Positions 11,709 to 20,679 of a stretch of 64,000 nucleotides of DNA are shown here, piece by piece. The stretch is taken from the NCBI GenBank assembly GCA_963796685.1, contig CAWCMR010000001.1, positions 1-64,000 of the forward strand. The letters run 5' to 3'. The DNA is from an uncultured delta proteobacterium. GTDB lineage: Bacteria > Myxococcota_A > Polyangia > Fen-1088. The position numbers and the translations under genes are program-made. Each line of letters starts with the position of its first letter. Position 1 is the first letter of the stretch. The notes below the pieces were generated by a model, which did no database searches, was not told the DNA's origin, and worked only from the letters and a program-made list of their open reading frames with translations.

Positions 11709-12278
11709 GTGCCCGTCAAACTACCCGATGATCCCCTACCCTGGGAGTGTTTCGACCAACAGTATCTTTTTCGGCGTCCGCCCTGGCTGGTGCTGCGTCA
11801 ACAGCGCTTCCGCCTGCCTTCGGGGCGCGAGATCGCGAACTACTGGATCTCCGAGTATCCACCCTGGGTGAACGTGGTGGCCGTGACCCCGGACGACGAA
11901 TTCGTGTTCGTGCGCCAGTTCCGGCCCGGCATCGGCGCCGTTCACTACGAGCTTCCTGCCGGCGTGGTGGAGCAAGGCGAATCGGCCGAAGCCGCCGCCA
12001 GGCGAGAGTTGCTGGAGGAAACCGGCTTTGCGGGAGGGCACTGGACCCTGCTTGCGAAGCTGTCGGCCAACCCGGCGTTGCAGGACAACCTGACCACGAC
12101 CTACCTGGCCGAGGGCGTGGTGAGCACCAGCCCGCCCGCGCCCGAACAGACCGAGGACCTGCGCGTCCACCTGGTCAAGGCCCGGGACGCCGTCTCGCTC
12201 ATCGACAGCGGCGACATGATCCAAGCCCTGCACGCCGCCCCGCTCCTGCGGTACGTTCTTCGGCAAAAGGGGATCTAG
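11709..12278 (+). CDS. NUDIX hydrolase (ADP-ribose pyrophosphatase-like)
   Basis: Nudix box GVVEQGESAEAAARRELLEETGF, preceded by VRQFRP...ELPAG. Confidence 0.9.
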   Translation: MPVKLPDDPLPWECFDQQYLFRRPPWLVLRQQRFRLPSGREIANYWISEYPPWVNVVAVTPDDEFVFVRQFRPGIGAVHYELPAGVVEQGESAEAAARRELLEETGFAGGHWTLLAKLSANPALQDNLTTTYLAEGVVSTSPPAPEQTEDLRVHLVKARDAVSLIDSGDMIQALHAAPLLRYVLRQKGI

Positions 12279-12306
12279 AGAGAGCCCAAATCCCGTCCTT
12301 CATTGG

Positions 12307-12336
12307 CTCTGTGTCCTTTGTGTTCTCTGTGTTGAA
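12307..12336 (+). repeat. Intergenic 3x 9-nt CTCTGTG-type element, copy 1
   Basis: CTCTGTGTC CTTTGTGTT CTCTGTGTT GAA; a near-identical copy lies at 14604. Confidence 0.7.
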
Positions 12337-12338
12337 CC

Positions 12339-13286
12339 TCAGATTTTCGGCGCGTCGAAGCGTACGAGATCGGCGAACGCGGCGATGCGCTCGCGAACGG
12401 CGGCGGCATCCAAGGTACGGAAGCGGTCGAGGCTGAAGTCCTCGACGCAGAACGAGGCCAGCACCGTCCCCGCCACCAGGGCCGAGCGAACCCCGGTCGG
12501 TGAGGTGTCACCCGTGCGCGCGAGGGTGCCCATGAATCCGCCTGCAAACGAGTCGCCCGCGCCCGTCGGGTCGACCACGTTGTCGAGCGGAAAGGCGGGC
12601 GCCGCGAAGACGTCGTCACCTTGGAACAGGAGCGCACCGGCGTCGCCGCGCTTGATCACCACGGCTTTCGGCCCGAGCGCGGAGATAGCCTTGGCCGCGG
12701 CCGGCAGGCTGGAGCGACCGGAGAGTTGGCGCGCCTCCTCGTCGTTGAGCAGCAGCATGTCCACGCGTTCGAGCACGCGCAGAAGCTCGGCGCGCTTGCC
12801 GGAGATCCAGAAGTTCATGGTGTCGCAGGCCGAAAATCGCGGCCGCTTGACCTGGGTCAGGACTTGGAGCTGAAGCACGGGATCGATGTTGGCCAAGAAC
12901 ACGAACGGCGTTTCGGACCACGCGGGCGGAAGCCTCGGCTTGAAGGTCTCGAAGACGTTGAGCTGGGTGTCGAGCGTGGTGCGCGTGTTGAAATCCGCGG
13001 CGTAACGGCCTGCCCAACGGAAGGTTCGGCCTGGAGCACGCTCCAGTCCGGCGAGGTCGATGCCGTGCGCACGCAAGAAGTCCTCGTGTGCCGTCGGGAA
13101 ATCCGTTCCCACCACCCCCACCAGACGCGCGGGCGTGAAGAACGAGGCGGCGTAGCACGAAAAGCTGGCCGCTCCGCCCAAAATGTCGTTGCGCTTGCCT
13201 TGGCTGGTCTCGACCGTGTCGAGGGCGACGGAGCCCACCACGAGCAAGGGACTGGACGAATGGTTTCCGGCGTCGGCTTGGATCAT
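12339..13286 (-). CDS. PfkB-family carbohydrate kinase
   Basis: VVGSVALD, LGGAASF, NDEEA and the PfkB signature DPTGAGDSFAGG; ATG at 13286. Confidence 0.92.
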   Translation of the reverse strand: MIQADAGNHSSSPLLVVGSVALDTVETSQGKRNDILGGAASFSCYAASFFTPARLVGVVGTDFPTAHEDFLRAHGIDLAGLERAPGRTFRWAGRYAADFNTRTTLDTQLNVFETFKPRLPPAWSETPFVFLANIDPVLQLQVLTQVKRPRFSACDTMNFWISGKRAELLRVLERVDMLLLNDEEARQLSGRSSLPAAAKAISALGPKAVVIKRGDAGALLFQGDDVFAAPAFPLDNVVDPTGAGDSFAGGFMGTLARTGDTSPTGVRSALVAGTVLASFCVEDFSLDRFRTLDAAAVRERIAAFADLVRFDAPKI

Positions 13287-13318
13287 GGCTTTTGCTACCA
13301 CGAATCGCGTGGGCGAGG

Positions 13319-14587
13319 CTACTGCGCCCAACCCGCGAAGATCTGGGTGAAATACAGGGACACCAAGCCCCCCTCCTCGCGGCCGACGGCGACTCCCACG
13401 CCCACGTGCGTGATGGCGCGGTTGAGGATGTTGTCGCGGTGTCCGGGGCTGGCCATGAACCCGCGCTCGGCGTCGACGGCGGATTGGGCGCTGCCCACGT
13501 TCTCCGCGATGAGCGTGGGCGTGGGCGAGACCCGCGCGGCCAACACGCGGTCCACGACGCTGCCGGTGCGACGAGAGAAGTGCGCCACCTCGCCAGTCTC
13601 GGCCATCTCCTGGCTGTAGCGCCGGGCAATGCGTGCCAAGCGCGGGTCGTGCACGAGCGCTGGCAGGCCTGCCGCCGCGCGATCGCGATCCACCTGGACG
13701 AGGAGCTCCGCCTCGGCCTCGGCGGGATCGTCGGTGCGTAGTTCCTGCGGCTGCGGGGCGGCGAATCGAGCCGGGGGGGCGACACCGCAGTACACGGGAA
13801 AATTGGCCAAAACCTTGGGTCCACGCGCGTCCGTGGCGCTGATTTCGATCTGGTAGGCGCCATCGCCGTGACAGGCGAAGTGTGCCGCGAAGGTGCCGTG
13901 CTGGGTGCTCGTGGCAAGGCGCTCCACGCTGCCGCGTGGCGAGGTGAATAGAACCTCCGGCGAATGAAAGAGTGGCCGAATGCGGCCCGCGACCGTGACC
14001 TCCCCCCCCGACGCCAGTCGGCGCGGAATGGGATCCATATCGAGGTTCTTCTCCTGGAACACGAGCACGGCGCTCCACTTGCCGGCAGCGCGCTGGACAC
14101 CTATGCCGACCCGGCGCCACGCCGCGGCCGTTGCGTTTGCCAGCGGCCCGCGCAGACGGGCCGCAGCCGAGGACTCGGCGCCGTCGTCCCCATGCATAAG
14201 AAAGAGGTTGGGCTCCGGCTCGATCAGGCCATAGTGCGTAAGTAGAAAGGCCACCGTCGCGGGAGGCGGCGAGCGAACCGCATCGGCCAGAAGCGCCAGA
14301 TCGGCCGCGACACGATCGAGGCGCCCGTCACGAACGAGGGTGGCCTGCCCCCGCTCTTTCCGGCTCTCGTCCACCTCGGCGGCAAGACGGCCAGCGAACG
14401 CATCGGTCGTCGTACGCGCGGTGCTCTCGGTAGAGTAGAGCTCGGCGCCCGGTCCCGAAGGCATCGCCTCCATGGCCGGCGTCGCGACGGATGCGCCGCT
14501 ACCAGCGCTGGACGAGGGGGCGACTGTGCCTGCGCAGCCTGCGCAGACAAAGGTCAGAAAAGTAGTCCGGATCCAGAGATCCGACAA
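13319..14587 (-). CDS. CAP/SCP-domain lipoprotein
   Basis: Lipobox-like VCAGC; C-terminal CAP domain (ENVG, FMASPGHRDNIL, THVGVGV, YFTQIF) and a probable degenerate N-terminal CAP domain. Confidence 0.85.
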   Translation of the reverse strand: MSDLWIRTTFLTFVCAGCAGTVAPSSSAGSGASVATPAMEAMPSGPGAELYSTESTARTTTDAFAGRLAAEVDESRKERGQATLVRDGRLDRVAADLALLADAVRSPPPATVAFLLTHYGLIEPEPNLFLMHGDDGAESSAAARLRGPLANATAAAWRRVGIGVQRAAGKWSAVLVFQEKNLDMDPIPRRLASGGEVTVAGRIRPLFHSPEVLFTSPRGSVERLATSTQHGTFAAHFACHGDGAYQIEISATDARGPKVLANFPVYCGVAPPARFAAPQPQELRTDDPAEAEAELLVQVDRDRAAAGLPALVHDPRLARIARRYSQEMAETGEVAHFSRRTGSVVDRVLAARVSPTPTLIAENVGSAQSAVDAERGFMASPGHRDNILNRAITHVGVGVAVGREEGGLVSLYFTQIFAGWAQ

Positions 14588-14603
14588 CCCATCCCTTTCC
14601 GAG

Positions 14604-14633
14604 CTCTGTGCCCTCTGTGCTCTCTGTGGTGAA
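14604..14633 (+). repeat. Intergenic 3x 9-nt CTCTGTG-type element, copy 2
   Basis: CTCTGTGCC CTCTGTGCT CTCTGTGGT GAA. Confidence 0.7.
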
Positions 14634-14670
14634 TCTCCGAATCACTCTTCTCATCGTAGCCTACGCCAAT

Positions 14671-14706
14671 GAAGAAGGCCGCCCGGCGACTGCCCGGCGG
14701 CCTTTC
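14671..14706 (-). terminator. Probable intrinsic terminator after the CBM9-like gene
   Basis: Hairpin AAGGCCGCC...GGCGGCCTT followed by CTTCATT on the minus strand. Confidence 0.6.
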
Positions 14707-14723
14707 AAGCTCAGGGCGTGCGA

Positions 14724-16235
14724 CTACTTGGCCGCCTCGTCCTTCTTGCTTTCCTCTTTCTTGCCGGACGCGGCTTTCTTCTCGGCTTTGGCCTTGTCGA
14801 CTTTGCCGGCTTTCTCGCCTTTCTCGGCCTTGCCGGCCTTTTCGCCTTTCTCGGCCTTGTCGCCCTTGCCGGCCTTTTCCCCTTTCTTGGCCTTCTCGAC
14901 CTTCTCGTCCTTCTCGTCCTTGCCGGCCTTGGCCACCTCCGCCTTGGGAGCCGGGACTTCGCCCTTCTCGTCACCGAACACGATCTCGCCAAAGCGGTCG
15001 AGCTTGTGGAAGTCGCCGACGAGGGGCGGGCTCCAGCCAACAGCGACCTGCGGCTTGTCCTTGGGCGAATCCAGACGGAACATGTTCAGGCGCCAAACAT
15101 CGCCCACCGCCGGCGGGACCTTCACGCCCGGCTTGTCGAGCCCGTTGGCATCGGCGAGCGGCAAGGCCATCTCGACGGTCCAGCCTTTGTCCACATCGTC
15201 GCGCTTGTTGAGCGTGCCATCCACGACCACCTTGGCCTTCAGCTTGGAATTCCAGTCGTACATCTTGCGCTTGGGATCGAGGCTGTCCTCGTACTTGCGA
15301 TAGGTCGGCAAGTAGGAATCGAAGATGGTGCCATTGGGAGCGACTTGCAGCTCGATGTACGTCTTGCCGTTGCCGTCGGCGTCGAGCATGACCTCGACCG
15401 CTTCTTGCGTCCACAGCTTGTCGTCGCGAGCGGTCAGCGTAGACCACACGTCGGGGTCCGCGTTCTCGAAGGCGAAGTAAAGGTTCTGGTTGTCCCAAAG
15501 CAGCTTGGCCTGGGTCAAAATGCTCGCGGGGTTGCCTGTCATGGTGTCCACGAAGGGACCGGTCGAGGGAGCGTTCTTCCACACCGCCTCGTCGAGCTTG
15601 CCGTCGATCTTGATGGGCTTGGCGATCTTGGTGACGACGTAGCGCTTGAGCGGAGCGGGCGCCTTCGACTTCATCGGGATGCTGCCGCAGAACACGCGGT
15701 TCTCGTCCCGGGGCCCCGACCTGACCGGCATGCGCTCGTTGCCCTTGAACAACCCGGTGTACACCTCCATGTGGTCGTAGTTCCAGCTGGCCGGAGGACG
15801 GAAGGTGTGCTGATCGCGGATGATTTCGCCGGCCTTCCAGCGCGACACCGGGTACTTACCGCTGACCGGGGTGTGGTCCACGTTGGCGAAGCCCTGCTTG
15901 TTCGGGCCGCCGATATGGGTGAACAGCTTCCACCCCTCGCCCGGCGCAGCGATGACCTTCCAGTAATGGGTCAGCTTGACGTCCTTGCCTGCCTCGACCG
16001 GGTTCGGGCTCACGTCCATCCCAAGGTAGATCAACTTGCCGTCGAGATCCGCGTTGACCACGAATTCGGGATGCGGGGGCGTGGAGAGAATGTTCTTCTT
16101 GACGAACTCCTCGTCCTCCTTGGTGAGCTTCTCCTCGGATTGCTCCACGCAACCGAGGGCGAGGCCGGTAAGCGCTACGAGGTAGAGCCACCTGAATGGA
16201 CGTTTGTTCGAACTCCTACATGCGACTCGTGACAT
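14724..16235 (-). CDS. Lipoprotein with a carbohydrate-binding family 9-like domain and a K/E/A-rich tail
   Basis: Lipobox LALGC; IKIDGKLDEAVW, KLLWDNQNLY, GWTVEMALP and WRLNMFR are typical of CBM9-like domains. Confidence 0.82.
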   Translation of the reverse strand: MSRVACRSSNKRPFRWLYLVALTGLALGCVEQSEEKLTKEDEEFVKKNILSTPPHPEFVVNADLDGKLIYLGMDVSPNPVEAGKDVKLTHYWKVIAAPGEGWKLFTHIGGPNKQGFANVDHTPVSGKYPVSRWKAGEIIRDQHTFRPPASWNYDHMEVYTGLFKGNERMPVRSGPRDENRVFCGSIPMKSKAPAPLKRYVVTKIAKPIKIDGKLDEAVWKNAPSTGPFVDTMTGNPASILTQAKLLWDNQNLYFAFENADPDVWSTLTARDDKLWTQEAVEVMLDADGNGKTYIELQVAPNGTIFDSYLPTYRKYEDSLDPKRKMYDWNSKLKAKVVVDGTLNKRDDVDKGWTVEMALPLADANGLDKPGVKVPPAVGDVWRLNMFRLDSPKDKPQVAVGWSPPLVGDFHKLDRFGEIVFGDEKGEVPAPKAEVAKAGKDEKDEKVEKAKKGEKAGKGDKAEKGEKAGKAEKGEKAGKVDKAKAEKKAASGKKEESKKDEAAK

Positions 16236-16414
16236 CGGTGATTTCCCTTTCCCGGCCAGCCCGCTCTGATGCTGCCGGCAGCCAGCGACGGCGTTTCTAC
16301 TCAAGGCTAGAGGGATTTGCAAACGCTAGCCCTGGGCTAGCCAGATTTTCATGGAAACCACGGGAGGATCTCCGGGGCGACCCCGGCGCTTGGCTGTGCG
16401 CGCAGGCACACGCT

Positions 16415-16672
16415 TCAAGGCGCCGAGCGGCGCGCCTGGGCGACCACGCGTACCCTGGGAGGCTCGCCGATTTCGTTGATGAGGACGGGCGCACCATCGC
16501 TCAGCTCGCCGTCTCCAAATGCGAGCGCGGCTGCCTTGAGGGCAAGGTCCAGGGACGTGTGTACCCCGACCAGCCTGCGCCCGCACACGACGGCGAACTT
16601 GCCGCTGTGCTCGTCGAGAAGGGCTTGCTTGCAACTATTGAAAAAGGCGGTTTCCTCGGTTGCGGGAAGCAT
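16415..16672 (-). CDS. Small hypothetical protein (DUF5678-like)
   Basis: LLDEHSGKFAVVCGRRLVGVH...A pattern resembling DUF5678 proteins. Confidence 0.55.
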   Translation of the reverse strand: MLPATEETAFFNSCKQALLDEHSGKFAVVCGRRLVGVHTSLDLALKAAALAFGDGELSDGAPVLINEIGEPPRVRVVAQARRSAP

Positions 16673-16742
16673 GCCCTAGGGTCGGCCATGCACACCAGCC
16701 CGTCAACAAAACGAGTCACGCAGGGCGCCACCAGCCCTCAAG

Positions 16743-17534
16743 CTACAGTTTCCCAAGGCCGGCGAGCGGATCGTTATCCAGCTTCTTCTTCTTTGCGATG
16801 TTGGGAATGTCACCGGACTTCGGAGCGGCGGGTTCGGCAGAAACCCGACGACTCGGGTGCGTCGAGGTCCGGTGGCTTGCTGCCCGAGAGGCGACCCTGG
16901 ACACCGGCTTCTGCGCCTTCTTCTCGATCACCGGAGTGCTCGCAGCAGGCGTGGCAGTCGGTGCGGGCGCGACGGCCGCCAGACTGGACTTGACCTTGTC
17001 CTCGCATTGCCGAAGGCTCGTCTTCGCCTGTTGGTCAGCCTTGGCGGCGAGCTCGACCGCCTGGTTGCGGGACTCCTCTGCCTGTCTGATGGACGCATCC
17101 TTGGCGGCGAGGGTGGCCTGCATGTCGTTCTGCACCTTCACATAGCCCGCGGCCCCGCCACCGATGAGCAACACGGACATGACCACGGCCGCGGTGTACG
17201 AAGTCTTGGTCCGGACGATCGGGGGAGCTTGAATGGGATAGGGGTCGTAGCCGGGAGCCTGCGGTGCGAACCCAGCGTGGGGTGCTGCGGCCACCGCGAA
17301 GCCCGAGCCCTGCCGCGCCGAATGCGCGTACTGCCCCCCCACCAGGGAAAGCCCCGACACCTGCATGGGTGGCGGGGTCAGTTGGTCGGAGGCCGGGTCT
17401 TCGGCCAGGGCCACCGCACGCCCGGCGCCAACAACGGTGCGCGGCTGCGTTTGCCTGGTGATTCGCTCGTGCTTGAGCTTCCGCAGTTCATTCAGCGAAG
17501 TGACTACGGAATCCTCGTTGTCGATCATGCACAT
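16743..17534 (-). CDS. Single-TM coiled-coil hypothetical protein
   Basis: SD GGAGG; N-terminal SVVTSLNELRKL, Pro-rich linker, TM AAVVMSVLLIGGGAAGY, coiled coil, C-terminal DPLAGL. Confidence 0.8.
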   Translation of the reverse strand: MCMIDNEDSVVTSLNELRKLKHERITRQTQPRTVVGAGRAVALAEDPASDQLTPPPMQVSGLSLVGGQYAHSARQGSGFAVAAAPHAGFAPQAPGYDPYPIQAPPIVRTKTSYTAAVVMSVLLIGGGAAGYVKVQNDMQATLAAKDASIRQAEESRNQAVELAAKADQQAKTSLRQCEDKVKSSLAAVAPAPTATPAASTPVIEKKAQKPVSRVASRAASHRTSTHPSRRVSAEPAAPKSGDIPNIAKKKKLDNDPLAGLGKL

Positions 17535-17723
17535 TCCTCCATCGCGCGAGGTCTTTCGAGTTGGGACGTTTGCGAGGTCTTACTTCTAAGCTCTTGACCT
17601 GGGCTCGCCGGGTGTCCACAAGTAAGACCCAGGCCGAGACGGGCGTGCGTATACAGACACCTTACCATCGAATACCGCAGACTCCAGCCAGGAAAAAGAC
17701 ATCGAACACGCGAAGTGGGAGGC

Positions 17724-19007
17724 TCAGCCGGGCTTTCCCGCTCCCACCCGCAAACCTGTCCACAACCCCAACCAGGTCGGCAGACTCAACAAGATGAATG
17801 GCCAGTTGTCCTGGTTCAGTCCGGGCAGGGCCTTGCACAGAATCCCGAACGCGGAAAAGATCACGGCTGAGAGCGCCAACCTTCGTCCCCAGCGCGTTGC
17901 CCCGGGCCTGCCAAACATGACGCCGATTCCGCACCCCAACAGAATGACGGCCCAGGGCGCGAATTGCAGGATGTTGGCGTTGGCATAGGCGACCTTGTGA
18001 TTGGTGAAGACCCAGAAAAAGACCAAGATCAGGCCGAGCAATCCCCAAACGCCTCCGAGGATGGCAGTTAGGGCCCCAAGCGCGATGCGCGCGCTGGCTC
18101 GGCGCCGGCTCGCGCGGCCAAGAAGAGCGGCCATGCCGCCCAGGGCCAGTCCCACCGCAAGGAAATACACCGCCCAATGGGGCGGCTGCGCGGGTTTGGC
18201 GGGCCGGGTGGATCGGTAGATCACCCTTTCCGACTTGACCAGGTTCCGCTCTCCCGCGCCATCGCCGATGCGCACCGTGCGCAAGAGATCGGCCAAGCTC
18301 TCGGGCAGGAAGGACTCTGTCCAACGATCGATGGGCCGGTCGGTGGCCCGGCTGAGGCCGAGGTACAGCCCGATATACTCCGGCAGGAAATCCGCCACCG
18401 AGCGCAACGCATCGTCGCGCAGGGTCCTCGTCGCGGGAGCCCTTCCCGCGACACGAATCTGTCCGTTCACCACGCGATCGATCGCGTCGCGAACGCGCGT
18501 CGAGCAATTGTCGAAGAAGTAGTCGTAGAGGTAGTCACGATTCTCGGGCCGAGCATTGTCGCGCAAGGCTTGCCAGAGGGCCCATTTCTGCGCGGCCGAA
18601 AGGGCCAACTCCTGGGAAAGGATGGTGCGGTCTTCCGCCTGGTAGGCCTCCAAGGTGGGCTGCGCGCCCCCGACCGATAGCCAGTACTTGAATCGGCCAC
18701 GCAGAAATTTCGTGAGCAGGTCCGGGTCGTTGAAGTCGAAGGTGCCGAAGTTGAACACCCACCCCGGTCCAGCCTGGGGTTGAACGAGGATGGCGTCGTG
18801 CCCGAACTTGAGGAATGGGTGCTCGCCTGGCCCAAACGTGAGGACCGAGACGGTCAGATCGTCGCCCGGCTCGGCATGGACGCGCGACGACGAACCAGCG
18901 ACGGCAAGCAAGGCGGCCATCGCGAAAAACCAGCGCAAAATCATGATCGGTCGCTTCATCGTTCGCGTCATCGATCGCTTCATTGGTCGCTTCATCGGTC
19001 GCTTCAT
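17724..19007 (-). CDS. DUF4105 / Lnb-like membrane protein (putative lipoprotein N-acyltransferase)
   Basis: FGPG...FGHDAI, FNFGTFDF and YLYDYFFDNCSTRVRD (His/Cys dyad) plus several C-terminal TM helices; ATGA overlap with the upstream gene. Confidence 0.8.
   Translation of the reverse strand: MKRPMKRPMKRSMTRTMKRPIMILRWFFAMAALLAVAGSSSRVHAEPGDDLTVSVLTFGPGEHPFLKFGHDAILVQPQAGPGWVFNFGTFDFNDPDLLTKFLRGRFKYWLSVGGAQPTLEAYQAEDRTILSQELALSAAQKWALWQALRDNARPENRDYLYDYFFDNCSTRVRDAIDRVVNGQIRVAGRAPATRTLRDDALRSVADFLPEYIGLYLGLSRATDRPIDRWTESFLPESLADLLRTVRIGDGAGERNLVKSERVIYRSTRPAKPAQPPHWAVYFLAVGLALGGMAALLGRASRRRASARIALGALTAILGGVWGLLGLILVFFWVFTNHKVAYANANILQFAPWAVILLGCGIGVMFGRPGATRWGRRLALSAVIFSAFGILCKALPGLNQDNWPFILLSLPTWLGLWTGLRVGAGKPG
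18948..19007 (-). repeat. 12-bp tandem repeat x5 (ATGAAGCGACCG consensus) at the start of the DUF4105 gene
   Basis: ATGAAGCGACCG ATGAAGCGACCA ATGAAGCGATCG ATGACGCGAACG ATGAAGCGACCG encodes MKRP MKRP MKRS MTRT MKRP. Confidence 0.9.
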
Positions 19008-19856
19008 CGGCCACCCTTCAAATCGGAAACCAGCTCGACCTCGTAGAGGTGCGGCCACAGCTTGCCCGTAACCAACAAGTGTCCAGCGCGCGGCATTTCG
19101 GCGATGCCGTTGAGGACATCCGCCCCGGCGGCCTCGGACGGATCGAGGAGTCCTGACGCGTCGATCCAGGCGGTGACCTCGCCCGACTTGGCGTCGATGC
19201 GGGCGATGTGGTTGTCCCGCCAGACGTTGGCATAGACCTCGTTGCCGGTGCATTCGAGCTCGTTCAGGTTGCTCAGGGGCCGCCCCGCCAAACGCACGCG
19301 GATCTCGCCTTCCTTGGCGAAACTGGTGGCATTCCTGAAGGTCAGCTTATCGCTGCCGTCGCTCATGACCAGGCGCCGGCCGTCGAAGCAGAGTCCCCAG
19401 CCCTCTCCTTCGTAGGAGAATTCCGACTCCTTCTTCAGGGTGGCGAGATCCCAAACCAAGGCCTTGTGGCTCTTCCACGTCAGCCTGTATCAGCCGCTGT
19501 CCGACGCGCGCCAGTCCCTCCCCGAAAAATTCCAGGGCAAGCCTAGATTCCTGCTCGACCTGGCCGCTTGTCAAATCCACCCGACGAACCGTGGAACGCC
19601 CGTTGAGCCCGGTGCTCTCGTAGACCACGCCGTCCACGAGCAGCAACCCTTGTGTGAAGGCGCGGGGGTCATGGGGATACACGCGAACGACCTTGAGGTG
19701 AAAGGCCGGCGTGGCTGGCGCATGCGCGGCCGGCTTCGCGCACACGCTGGCCGCGGCCATGACTGCGGCGATGATAGCCACGTGCACGAAGCCTGGGAAT
19801 GCCCGTCTGGATCGTGCTGCCGTAGGCTGCTTCATCATCGCCGAGGATGGCAGCAT
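19004..19856 (-). CDS. Glutaminyl-peptide cyclotransferase (type I QC; frameshift near 19484)
   Basis: YPHDPRAFTQGL, FFGEGL, (QLTWK after removing one base), EGWGL, MSDGS, NLNELE, LNGIA, TGKLWP; signal peptide present. Confidence 0.92.
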
Positions 19857-19858
19857 GC

Positions 19859-20518
19859 TCAGAAGGTCACCTTCAGGGCAAGTGCCGAGCGCAAACGACG
19901 AAGGAACTCGACGCGGGATATCTCGCGAGCGCCCAGGCTGGCCAGGTGCGGGTTCATGACCTGGGCATCGAGCAACCCGAAGCCGCGGGTGCGCAAGTGC
20001 GCGACCAACTGGCCTAGAGCAGCCTTGGACGCGTTAGAACGTCGCGTAAACATGGATTCTCCGCCAAAAAATCCACCCATGGCGACCCCGTACAGGCCTC
20101 CCACTGGGGCGTTGCCCTCGTAGACCTCAATGCTGTGCGCCATTCCGCGTCGATGGAGCTCGCAATACGAGGTCACGAAGTCCTCCGAGATCCAGGTGGT
20201 TGGACGATCGGCAGTGCTTTCAGCGCACCGCCTCATCGTGCCCTCGAAATCGCGATCCACATGAAAAGTCCAACCGGACTGGCGGATCGCTTTGCGCACA
20301 CTGCGCGGAACCCGAAAAGACTCGAGCTCGAAGATGGCGCGTGGGTCGGGACACCACCAGGTCACGGCGGGATGCGAGGACCAGGGAAAAATCCCCATGC
20401 GATACGCCCTTTCCAAGACGTCCGGGTCCAAGGTGCCCCCAACGGCGACCAGACCATCCTCGTCTGTCTCGATCTCGAGACGCGACTCGTTAGCGGTCGG
20501 GTTTGGGGGTTGGGGCAT
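19859..20518 (-). CDS. aat: Leucyl/phenylalanyl-tRNA--protein transferase
   Basis: GLVAVGG, AYRMGIFPW, WWCPDPRAI, AHSIEV, GGLYGV, FGGESMF, NASK, LLDAQ...HL. Confidence 0.95.
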   Translation of the reverse strand: MPQPPNPTANESRLEIETDEDGLVAVGGTLDPDVLERAYRMGIFPWSSHPAVTWWCPDPRAIFELESFRVPRSVRKAIRQSGWTFHVDRDFEGTMRRCAESTADRPTTWISEDFVTSYCELHRRGMAHSIEVYEGNAPVGGLYGVAMGGFFGGESMFTRRSNASKAALGQLVAHLRTRGFGLLDAQVMNPHLASLGAREISRVEFLRRLRSALALKVTF

Positions 20519-20679
20519 TCGAAAAGACTTCCTTCCCTGGGTGGATCACCGTAGCTTGGCGCGAAGATCCATAGGGACCTAGCGGCAAATCAATCAAGAA
20601 AATGTTTTACTTTTGTAACAATCTGAGTAGTATGCCGCGCCAAAGCGATTCGGCAGAGAACAAACCAGGAGAGAAGGCT

